Below are positions 1 through 7,623 of a stretch of 64,000 nucleotides of DNA, one piece after another (the stretch's first letter is position 1; each line of letters begins with the position of its first letter). The translations under genes were made by a program, and so were the position numbers. The stretch lies in NCBI GenBank assembly GCA_016200135.1, contig JACQFI010000044.1:15390-79389 (forward strand), written 5' to 3'. The notes below the pieces were generated by a model, which ran no database searches, was not told the origin of the DNA, and saw only the letters and a list, made by a program, of their open reading frames with translations. This DNA comes from Planctomycetota bacterium (GTDB lineage Bacteria; Planctomycetota; SZUA-567; H5-PLA8).

Positions 1-364
1 GCCGAATTGCCGATGTCCAGACCCCAAACCACCCTGTGTGCCATGGCGCTGTGGCTCCTTATACGGGAAGAGGAGAATTCCTCCGCTCGCTAGAAACGTC
101 GTACCGGAAGGGCGATCTGTTGAACAAAGTGGACCATTCATCCCGCATTGCGTGGTCGCAATGCCCAACGGGAGTTCCACCTCGTCCCCTACCGGAAAAG
201 CTGCTTTAACTGATTGGCGTAACTAGAGTTTAGCTACGCGCTGCGAGAGTCAAGACAAAAACGAATACCGACTTCAAATCCTCCTAATTCAGCAATGGCT
301 CTGATTTAATATCAACAGCACCTAATTGGCGGATATCTCCACCCCGCTTCTTCCTCCCAAAGCA

Positions 365-396
365 AACCGGGGTGGCCTGTTAGGGCCACCCCGGTT
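365..396 (-). terminator. Perfect GC-rich hairpin (aaccggggtggcc-tgtta-ggccaccccggtt) immediately downstream of mglB; putative terminator with a weak U-tract
   Basis: 13-bp perfect inverted repeat with 5-nt loop read directly from the sequence, 29 bp downstream of the mglB stop (425). The trailing T-run is weak. Confidence 0.45.
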
Positions 397-424
397 GGGG
401 AATCACCAAGTGTTTCGGGTTGCG

Positions 425-940
425 TTACTTCTTGTCGGAACCGAAGAAGTCGTCCAGGGCGGATTCGGCGGCCTGCTGGTACTCCTGGCTGACGCCGGAG
501 GCCTTATCCTTATTCCTCTCCATGCTGGCCAGCATGGTGTCGGTAAGCTTCTGGGTCAGTTCCTCGGCGTAGAGCCGGACCATGCCAAGAGTGGTTCGGT
601 CGTCAAAGATGACCACAACCAGGGCGCGCTCGGCCACCAGTCCGATATGGATGTTCTCGTTCTTACCCTGGTGAAAGAGGACGGAGAATTCGGTCTCGCC
701 CAGCAGCTTCGCGACTTCGCGCGTCGAAGCGAACGAACCCGCAACCAGGGCGGCGATGGAGTCGGTATTGAACGACTTGGTGAAGCCCTTCTTGGTGACC
801 AAGTGGCCTTCCTTGTCGATCAGGAGCGCGCACTTGGCCTGGGAGCGTTCGAGGAAGTGCTCGAGGATCTTGTTAATCTCTTCGATATCTTCTTCATAGA
901 AGACCAGACGCGCCTTGCGCATCTTTTCGCTGAATTCCAT
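425..940 (-). CDS. mglB: MglB-like Roadblock/LC7 GTPase-activating protein
   Basis: Translation (LLIDKEGHLVTKKG...VVVIFDDRTTLGMVRLYAEEL...DDFFGSDKK) aligns along its length with Myxococcus MglB as I remember it (Roadblock/LC7 fold, acidic C-terminus). I chose the internal ATG at 940 because a GAGGAGG RBS lies 7 nt upstream; the ORF extends to 976. Confidence 0.8.
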   Translation of the reverse strand: MEFSEKMRKARLVFYEEDIEEINKILEHFLERSQAKCALLIDKEGHLVTKKGFTKSFNTDSIAALVAGSFASTREVAKLLGETEFSVLFHQGKNENIHIGLVAERALVVVIFDDRTTLGMVRLYAEELTQKLTDTMLASMERNKDKASGVSQEYQQAAESALDDFFGSDKK

Positions 941-1086
941 CTCGTTTCCTCCTCGATCCCCACAACGCTCCGGCACATAACCGCCGCTGCCGGAGCCTGC
1001 ACAGGTCGATGATTAGGCTCTCCAGTAATACTCCCGTTTGCAGACTACGTCCAGCCTTTTGTGGACGGGCCGCATGCACACCTCTG

Positions 1087-2241
1087 CTACAGCTTGATGA
1101 ATCCTCCAAAATACGCCGCGGCGGCTGCCGCCACCAAAAGCAGCACGACGATGCCCACAATCAACCCTGCCTTGCTTCCGCCTTCAGACACGGGCTCAGG
1201 CGCGCTTTCTTCAGGGACCGCGGACGCTTCCTCCGCAGGCGCACTCACCTGCTGCTGCGCCGCCGCTTCGGCTTGGCGGCGCCGGGCGATCTCAAGCGAG
1301 ACCGGGTTCATCTTCATCGTGGATTGCACCGGCGACTCGGCAGGCGCCGATTCGGTCATCGGGGGCGGCGGCGGCGCGGGTGCGGGCGCTGGGGCCGGCG
1401 CGGGTGCAGACGCTCTAGGCGGTGGTGGCGGCGCAGGAGCCGGGGCGACGGCCACCGGAGCGGGCACAGGGGCCGGCGGCGGTGGCGCGGCGGGTCTGGG
1501 CGGCGGCGGCGGCGGAGGCGGCGGTGCGGCACGAGGCGGTGGAGGAGGCGGTGGCGCAGGCACGGAGGCAGGCGGCGGCGGCGGAGCCGCGGGCCTCGCC
1601 ATGGCCGATGAGCGCGCCGTAGCGCCGCCACGTTTGGCGCCGTCTTCGCTGTAGCCCTGTTCGCGATTGAGCTTGCGGATGACCTGCTGCGAAATGGCCT
1701 TTAATGTCTGGAAGACGCCGTCGCCGTTCACGGCCACCGCTTCGACCGTGGGCCAGTTGTTGCGGTTCATCTTGGCGTTGAGTTCTTCGGCGGGCACCGC
1801 ATTGGGAAGGTCGCGTTTGTTCCACTGCAGCACCAGCGGGATATCGTTGATGTCCAGCCCGTTCTCTTTCAGGTTCTTGGCCAGGTTCTCGAGAGACTCG
1901 ATGTTCTCGTTGATCATGTCCGGGTTCGAGTCCGCGACGAAAACGATGCCGTCGCAGCCCTGGAGCACCAGCTTGCGGGTCGCGTCGTAGTAGACCTGCC
2001 CGGGCACGGTGTAGAGCTGGAACTTGGTCCGCATGCCGGCCACGGTGCCGAGGTCCAGCGGCAGAAAGTCGAAGTAGAGGGTGCGGTCGGTCTCGGTGGC
2101 GATGGAGACGAGTTCGCCGGTCGAGTTCGCGGGCGCCTTGGCGTGAACCACCTGGAGGTTCGTCGTCTTGCCGCAGCGGCCGGGACCATAAAAGACGATC
2201 TTGCAGTTTACTTCTCGCGTCGCGAAATTGATCTGGACCAT
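1087..2241 (-). CDS. mglA: MglA-like Ras-superfamily small GTPase with ~110-aa polyproline/Ala-Pro linker and a C-terminal transmembrane tail anchor
   Basis: The N-terminal ~195 aa nearly match MglA motifs: P-loop GPGRCGKTT, switch I TETDRTLYFDFLP (intrinsic Arg finger and Thr), switch II TVPGQVYYDA, and NKRD. They are followed by PPPPPPPP/APAPAP low complexity, an acidic segment and a terminal hydrophobic helix GLIVGIVVLLLVAAAAAAYFGGFIKL. Confidence 0.85.
   Translation of the reverse strand: MVQINFATREVNCKIVFYGPGRCGKTTNLQVVHAKAPANSTGELVSIATETDRTLYFDFLPLDLGTVAGMRTKFQLYTVPGQVYYDATRKLVLQGCDGIVFVADSNPDMINENIESLENLAKNLKENGLDINDIPLVLQWNKRDLPNAVPAEELNAKMNRNNWPTVEAVAVNGDGVFQTLKAISQQVIRKLNREQGYSEDGAKRGGATARSSAMARPAAPPPPPASVPAPPPPPPPRAAPPPPPPPPPRPAAPPPPAPVPAPVAVAPAPAPPPPPRASAPAPAPAPAPAPPPPPMTESAPAESPVQSTMKMNPVSLEIARRRQAEAAAQQQVSAPAEEASAVPEESAPEPVSEGGSKAGLIVGIVVLLLVAAAAAAYFGGFIKL
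1380..1625. repeat. Extremely GC-rich (GGC/GCC/CCG)n low-complexity DNA encoding the polyproline linker of mglA
   Basis: Runs of ggcggcggc / gccggg seen directly. The opposite strand gives poly-Gly/Ala/Arg ORFs (1061..1654, 1009..1611), which are antisense artefacts. Confidence 0.6.
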
Positions 2242-2460
2242 GGGCGTTCGGGTCCCGCTCTGTTTAAACGAAAAGGTCCGGCCGCAGTCAAGTGTTTCGA
2301 AACATAGCGTCTACACGTTGTGCGTGGGTGTGTCAAGCGCGTATAGCGTATGTCATTGCGCCTCGCTAAAGATTGGCGTAGCCGAGCGCGTGCATTCGGT
2401 TTATACCTCTTTCGGGACGACGGTTACATTTCGTCCACTTTCCGCAGGAGGGAGCCCACC

Positions 2461-2721
2461 ATGGCCGGCGAACGCCTGGAAGAGCGTCTGAAACTGATGA
2501 TCGTCGAGCGCCTGATGCTTAAATTCAAGCCTGAGGAGATCGCCGACGAGGACGACCTGATCAAGAAGTGGGGGCTGGAATCGGTGCAGCTCATGGAGAT
2601 CGTGATCGGCCTCGAGGAAGTCTTCGGCATTCAGCTCGGCGACGACGAGTTCTCCGTCAAGAAGTTCCGCACAGTCAAGAATATCGCCGAGGTCGTGCGC
2701 GGGAAGAAGCCGGATGCGTGA
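2461..2721 (+). CDS. Acyl carrier protein (phosphopantetheine-binding)
   Basis: 86 aa, acidic, with the conserved Ser in the (G)LESVQLMEIV context typical of ACP helix II. A GGAGGGA RBS lies 7 nt upstream of ATG 2461. The ORF track starts at 2350, but the upstream part has no ACP-like sequence. Confidence 0.8.
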   Translation: MAGERLEERLKLMIVERLMLKFKPEEIADEDDLIKKWGLESVQLMEIVIGLEEVFGIQLGDDEFSVKKFRTVKNIAEVVRGKKPDA

Positions 2722-2736
2722 AGACTAACGCGTCAT

Positions 2737-2813
2737 ACGTAAAACGTAATTACAGCCGCCGTAACCCCCTGCTTCTCTATCTTCGGACCTTACGTTTTAC
2801 GTTTTACGTTTTA
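2737..2813. repeat. Inverted repeat tacgtaaaacgtaa ... (ttacgttt)x3 with ~40-nt spacer between the ACP and hydrolase genes
   Basis: Seen directly: the left arm at 2737-2750 is the reverse complement of the triplicated acgtttt units at 2790-2813. Confidence 0.4.
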
Positions 2814-2823
2814 GAATCCACGC

Positions 2824-3666
2824 ATGCCCGAGACCCCCGGCTACTTTCCCGCTTCCGACGGCACTCCTCTTTACGGCGTCTACCACGCGCCGGATGCGCC
2901 GGCCAAAATTCCCGTGCTCGTCGCGCCATCACTCTTTGAAGAACGCAAGTCCGCCTATGCGGCGCTCACGAGTCTCGCCCGCGCGCTGGCTACGGACGGC
3001 CACCCGGTGCTGCGCTTCGATTACCGCGGCAGCGGCGAGTCCGGCGGCGACTCTGGGGTTCGGCGCTGGCCGGACTTGGCGGCCGATCTCGCGGCTGCAC
3101 GCCAGGCACTGGCGAAGCAGTGCGGCGCCGATGCCGTCGCATTAGTGGGCCTGCGCTTAGGCGCGACGCTCTGCCTTTTGGAAGGCGCGAAGCTCAACGC
3201 GAAAGCCGTGGTGGCGCTCGCGCCCGTGATCAAAGGCGCGGCCCAGGCGCGCCTGTGGCGCTTGCGCTCCAAAATTCGCGCTGAGATGACGCAAGGCGAA
3301 GGGCAGCCATCATCCGGCGAATCTCAAGTGGCGTCGCGTCCAGCGTCCGCTCGGCAGAGCTCGCCGGAAGCCCTCGCCCCTCGTCCCGATGTTCTGGACT
3401 TCGAGGGCCTCGCCGTGGCGCCGGGTTTTTTTGACGAGGTCGCCGCCCTCGATCTCTCCACCGCGCCTGCAATCGCGGTTCCCTCGCTGCTCGTGCAGAT
3501 CTCCCACCGTACCGATGCCGCGCCGGAGAGCGAGCAACTCGCGAAGTCCCTGGGCGCGCAGTGCAAGCTCACGGCGCTGCGGCTGGAGCCCTTCTGGGAC
3601 CGCGTGGACGACGTGAACACGAAGGACCTGGAGCAGGCGGTAATAGGGTTCCTCAAAGCATTTTAG
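2824..3666 (+). CDS. Alpha/beta-hydrolase-fold protein (S33/exosortase-associated-hydrolase-like), non-canonical nucleophile elbow
   Basis: PVLRFDYRGSGESGGD matches the HG/oxyanion region of small alpha/beta hydrolases. The presumed nucleophile elbow reads VGLRLGAT (Arg where Ser is expected). There is no signal peptide. Confidence 0.65.
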   Translation: MPETPGYFPASDGTPLYGVYHAPDAPAKIPVLVAPSLFEERKSAYAALTSLARALATDGHPVLRFDYRGSGESGGDSGVRRWPDLAADLAAARQALAKQCGADAVALVGLRLGATLCLLEGAKLNAKAVVALAPVIKGAAQARLWRLRSKIRAEMTQGEGQPSSGESQVASRPASARQSSPEALAPRPDVLDFEGLAVAPGFFDEVAALDLSTAPAIAVPSLLVQISHRTDAAPESEQLAKSLGAQCKLTALRLEPFWDRVDDVNTKDLEQAVIGFLKAF

Positions 3667-3727
3667 ATTTTGGATTGAACGGCGGGCTTCGTAAGCCAGA
3701 ATCAAGCAGGCTAGAATTAAGGGAGGA

Positions 3728-4054
3728 TTGGCTTTGTCTTCCAATCCAAAATCCGAAATCAGAAATCCAAAATCGGACCGCACGCCCGAAGGGCTGCGTG
3801 AACTGCTCGGCCAGGTCGTCGTCGTAGACACCGACTCGCACTTTATTTATCTGGGTCGGATTGAATCCGCGGATCTCGAGTTCCTCAAACTGGCCGAAGT
3901 GGACGTGCACGAGCTGACCAAGTCCTCGCTCTCCAAGGAACGCTACGTCCACGAGGCGCGCGGCATCGGCGTGCGCAAGAACCGCCAGTTCACCTGGATC
4001 AACATGGCGCGGGTGGTCTCGATTTCGAGGCTCACCGATATCGATACGTTTTGA
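3728..4054 (+). CDS. Hypothetical small protein with N-terminal NPKSEI tandem repeat
   Basis: ORF with a TTG start directly after a GGGAGGA motif. I recognise no family. The start is uncertain because the RBS spacing is too short, so the real start may be downstream. Confidence 0.35.
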   Translation: MALSSNPKSEIRNPKSDRTPEGLRELLGQVVVVDTDSHFIYLGRIESADLEFLKLAEVDVHELTKSSLSKERYVHEARGIGVRKNRQFTWINMARVVSISRLTDIDTF

Positions 4055-4191
4055 AGCAGCTCGCGGCATTCTGGCTCGCGGCTCCGGGCATTGATCGAGC
4101 GTTTGGCTTCTGCTGTGAGCCGAGAGCTGCGAGCCAGATGCCCCACATTTCATGCCCTGTAATACCGGGCTCGTTCGTCTAAACTAACGCT

Positions 4192-6333
4192 ATGAAGCCG
4201 CGGTTCCTCAGCCTGCTCGCGCTTGCCGCGGCCCTCGCTGCCGCCGCGGAAGAACCGCCGCCCGCCGAGACCATCCCGCTGGAAGCTTCCGAGGACGGCA
4301 CGCCGCTCCCGCTGCCGGTACTGGACGGCGAGCCTGCGCTCGGGCGCTGGGTGGCGCTGCGCGCGGACCGGACCAAGGGTTCGCCCGAAGCCTACGCGTG
4401 GAAGCAGACCGGGGGGCCGCCGCTGAACCTGAGCGAAGCGGAGGCGTCTTCGCCGCGCGTCTGGCGCCTGCTCGAGAAGCCCGGCGACTACCGCATCGAA
4501 TTGAAGGCCAAGAACGCGAAGGGCTGGAGCCCGGCCGTCCCGCTGGCCTTCAGCGTGAAGGATGGCGAGCCCGCGCTGTCCATCGACCAGGCGTTGACGA
4601 TGACAGGCGCGGGCGAGGGCTACGCGGACGGCATCTTCCTTCCCGGCGAGAGCTGGAAGCAACTCCTGGGCCCGGAGGTCCGGCTCACCTACGACGAGAA
4701 AACGAAAACGACGCTCTTCCGCGCGCTGGTTCCGGGGTTGTATCTCTTCGAGGCCGAACACGCCGGGCGCGTGCCGGAGCGCCGGGCCTTCCGTGTACCG
4801 GCGGGCGCCGATGAACTGATGGGCGACCGGCGGCCCGAAGCGCGCCTGACGCTGCCGCAGGACGGCTTCGTGGGCCAGCGCGTGGAGCTGGACGGCTCGC
4901 TCTCCAACGACCGCGACGCGGAACCCCTGACGGCCAAGTGGATGAGCGTCGATGTCGTGCGCGGCGTGACCATCAAGGCACTGGACGGCCTGAAGGCGGA
5001 GTTCAGCGCGCAGCGCGAGGGCGTCTACCGCGTACGCCTGATCGTGAGCGACGGCAAGCTGGACAGCCGCCCCGTCGAGACTTTCGTGCGCGTGCTCAAG
5101 GCTGCCGATACGGTGGCCGATCCGGCCGGCGAGGACGTTCCGCCCGACACCGATCCGCTGAGCCGCCGCGTCTCCCTGCGCTGCTACGAGAGCAGTCTCG
5201 ACCGGGCCGTGCAGCGTTTCCCGCACGATTGCAACGTGACGCTGCGCGTCCGCCAGGAACTCTGCCCGACCGATCAGTTCGAGAAGGTGCCGCTGGACTT
5301 GGGCGTTGAGTACGCGCCCGTGGGCCTGCTGCTGGACTGGATCGCGCGGCAGTCCGGCGGCGCTTACCGCCGCGAGAGCAAGGCTTCGGTCTGGTTGGTG
5401 AAGCCCTCCGCCTGGGCCGCCGACGAGGAGCTGAAGAACGAGGTCGTCGCTATCGACGCGCTCTACCGCAACAAGGACGCCTCGGACCTGCTCGAGGTTC
5501 TGCGCCGGCCGTTCCGCGGCATCCTGACGGAGCGCGCCGACGCGCAGCTCCTGCTGCAGGCGGACAGCAACAAGGCCATCGCCTTTTTGCCGCTGCGCGC
5601 GTGCCAGCGTTTGAAGGAGATGGTGGCGTTCCTGCGCGCGCCCAAGGGCATCGGGATTCCGCCTACGCAGTGGCTCACCGCCGCCGAGTTCCTCCTGCGG
5701 CGCAAGCTCGCGGAGACCAAGCTCAAGCTCGACTGGCAGGGCCGGCGCATCGATTGGGCGCTGCGCGATCTCTCCGAGATGACCGGCGTGCCGGCGGGCT
5801 TCGATCCGGCCCAGTTCGCGAAGTTCCAGTACCTGAAGCCCGCCCGGAACCTGCTCAGCGACCCCAACCCGCTCGCGCCGCCCGATCCCCTGGACGCCTT
5901 GCCGCGGATCACGTTGAAGCTCGACGACGTGCCCTTCCGAGAAGCCGTGCGGGAGGTCGTCGCGGCCGCCGGGTTTGACGGCTGCCAGCCGCAGAACGGC
6001 GCGGGCCTCTGGTTCTATAAAGGCGGCGAACCGTACCCGTCGGGCGAACTCCTCTGGGATATCGCCTTCGTTCGCGCGTATCCACTGGATCAGGTGCTGG
6101 CGCGCACCCCGCTGCTGAGCGGCGAGGTGATCGCGCACGAGATCCGGCGCAAGGTCTACCCCGATTCCTGGAACGATCCCGCGACCTGCTGCGCGTATCA
6201 CGCGTCCACCGGCAAACTCCTGATCGTGCATGGCGAGGCCGCGCACGTCCGCATCATCAACTTTCTGAACGATCTGCTGGAACGCGGCGAGGACGCGCTG
6301 GGGCCGGTGCAGACGGCTCCGCAGGAGAAGTAA
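4192..6333 (+). CDS. Secreted hypothetical protein with Ig/PKD-like beta-sandwich segments
   Basis: N-terminal signal peptide MKPRFLSLLALAAALAAAAEE. Segments such as YRIELKAKNAKGWSPAVPLAFSV and YRVRLIVSDGKLDSRPVETFVRV resemble PKD/Ig-like strands. The antisense ORF 4150..6246 is Arg/Ala/Leu-rich junk. Confidence 0.7.
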   Translation: MKPRFLSLLALAAALAAAAEEPPPAETIPLEASEDGTPLPLPVLDGEPALGRWVALRADRTKGSPEAYAWKQTGGPPLNLSEAEASSPRVWRLLEKPGDYRIELKAKNAKGWSPAVPLAFSVKDGEPALSIDQALTMTGAGEGYADGIFLPGESWKQLLGPEVRLTYDEKTKTTLFRALVPGLYLFEAEHAGRVPERRAFRVPAGADELMGDRRPEARLTLPQDGFVGQRVELDGSLSNDRDAEPLTAKWMSVDVVRGVTIKALDGLKAEFSAQREGVYRVRLIVSDGKLDSRPVETFVRVLKAADTVADPAGEDVPPDTDPLSRRVSLRCYESSLDRAVQRFPHDCNVTLRVRQELCPTDQFEKVPLDLGVEYAPVGLLLDWIARQSGGAYRRESKASVWLVKPSAWAADEELKNEVVAIDALYRNKDASDLLEVLRRPFRGILTERADAQLLLQADSNKAIAFLPLRACQRLKEMVAFLRAPKGIGIPPTQWLTAAEFLLRRKLAETKLKLDWQGRRIDWALRDLSEMTGVPAGFDPAQFAKFQYLKPARNLLSDPNPLAPPDPLDALPRITLKLDDVPFREAVREVVAAAGFDGCQPQNGAGLWFYKGGEPYPSGELLWDIAFVRAYPLDQVLARTPLLSGEVIAHEIRRKVYPDSWNDPATCCAYHASTGKLLIVHGEAAHVRIINFLNDLLERGEDALGPVQTAPQEK

Positions 6334-6339
6334 GACCGC

Positions 6340-7572
6340 CTACCGTAGCGCGCGGCGCTTCATCCAGTCTTCGTATTCCTTGGATTTGAGGAATTCCGCG
6401 AAGGTCTTCTCCTGTTCCAGATTCAGCGTCGCCTGCGGCATGTGCTTCTCGAACTCGTCCAGCAGCCGCGTCGTTTCCACATAATCTTTTTCCGCGAGCG
6501 CGTAATCCATCAGCATGTAATACGCGTACTCGATGGTGGGGTCGGCTTCGAGGGCCTTGTGCGCGAAGGCCTTCGCCTTCGGCGTATCGTTGAGCTTCTT
6601 GTAGGCCTTGGCGCGGAAATGGTCGAGGAGCCCGTCGCCGCCTACGGCCTTGTCGAGCCGGTCAAGCGCTTCGAAGCCCTCCGGTTCGCGGCCTGCCGCA
6701 AAGAAGTACTTGATGAGCAGCAGGTCGGTGAGGCCCTTGCCCGCGAAGCGCGTGCGGAAGTCCTCGATCGCTTTCAAGTAATCGTCCGTGCCATGCTGGC
6801 GCGCGCAGGCAAAGCGCATCTGCGCCACCTCTGGATCGGATTTCACCGCGTCGGGCAGGCTTTCGTAGATCTTCAGGGCCTCGGTGTAATCCCCCGAGAG
6901 CATCTTCGTCTGCAGGTAGGACACGGCCGAGATGTTCTCGACAAACGCGCGTTCGGACGGCGTGAGCTGGTCCAACACCGCCTTGTCCTTCTCGACAGCC
7001 AGCGGCAGCAGGAAATGCCTAAGCGAGTCGCTCGCCTTGGTGCCGCTGAGGTACGAACAGGCGTCCACGATCTTGAGCGTGCGCGAGGCGTCGGGCGCGA
7101 GGTAGAGTTCGTGGTATTGCAGACCGTCGCGGCTGAGCATGCGCAGCATGGCGCGCCACTGGCCGTCCACTTCGCGCAGGCGCAGCAGCTTGACCGCCGC
7201 GCCGCGGCTGGTCTCCAGCGCCAGCGTCGCCGCCATGCCTGATTCCACGAACTTTTTCTCGATGCCTTCCAGGCTGGAGGGGGGCAGTTTCCAAGGTTCG
7301 GCGGCCGCCTTGAGCATGCCCGCGTAATCCATGTGCGCCTGCATGAAGCGCGCATCGCCGCGGTTGATCGACTTCTCCACCGTTTTGGCGAAGGCCGCCG
7401 CGGCGGCCTCCAGGGTCTGGTCCTTCTCCCACACCACCGGCGGTTCAACCGGCGCAACCGTAACCGGCAGGTCTGGCGTCGGCTCGGTCTTCTTTCCGCC
7501 CGAGCCGCAGCCCGCCGCCGCCAGCAGCACGGCCGCCAAACTCGCTCGAAAAACCAGATTATGTGTGCGCAC
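6340..7572 (-). CDS. TPR-like repeat lipoprotein
   Basis: Signal peptide plus lipobox LLAAAGC|GSGG. The rest is helical-repeat (TPR-like) composition. Confidence 0.7.
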   Translation of the reverse strand: MRTHNLVFRASLAAVLLAAAGCGSGGKKTEPTPDLPVTVAPVEPPVVWEKDQTLEAAAAAFAKTVEKSINRGDARFMQAHMDYAGMLKAAAEPWKLPPSSLEGIEKKFVESGMAATLALETSRGAAVKLLRLREVDGQWRAMLRMLSRDGLQYHELYLAPDASRTLKIVDACSYLSGTKASDSLRHFLLPLAVEKDKAVLDQLTPSERAFVENISAVSYLQTKMLSGDYTEALKIYESLPDAVKSDPEVAQMRFACARQHGTDDYLKAIEDFRTRFAGKGLTDLLLIKYFFAAGREPEGFEALDRLDKAVGGDGLLDHFRAKAYKKLNDTPKAKAFAHKALEADPTIEYAYYMLMDYALAEKDYVETTRLLDEFEKHMPQATLNLEQEKTFAEFLKSKEYEDWMKRRALR

Positions 7573-7623
7573 AAATACGCCCTCGATTGCCGCCTATAGT
7601 AGCGCGAGACTGCCGAGTTCGGA

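Noticed and set aside
38-226. 62-aa ORF at the window start
   Set aside because: No RBS, odd composition, and it lies in a region that looks intergenic or UTR. No support.
1061-1654. Poly-Gly/Ala ORF (197 aa), looking like a glycine-rich protein
   Set aside because: It is the reverse-strand reading of the polyproline-encoding GGC repeats of mglA. An artefact.
4150-6246. 698-aa ORF on the minus strand overlapping the secreted-protein gene
   Set aside because: It is Arg/Ala/Leu/Gly-rich with no motifs, which is the typical antisense translation of a high-GC gene. The plus-strand frame has a signal peptide and domain-like content.
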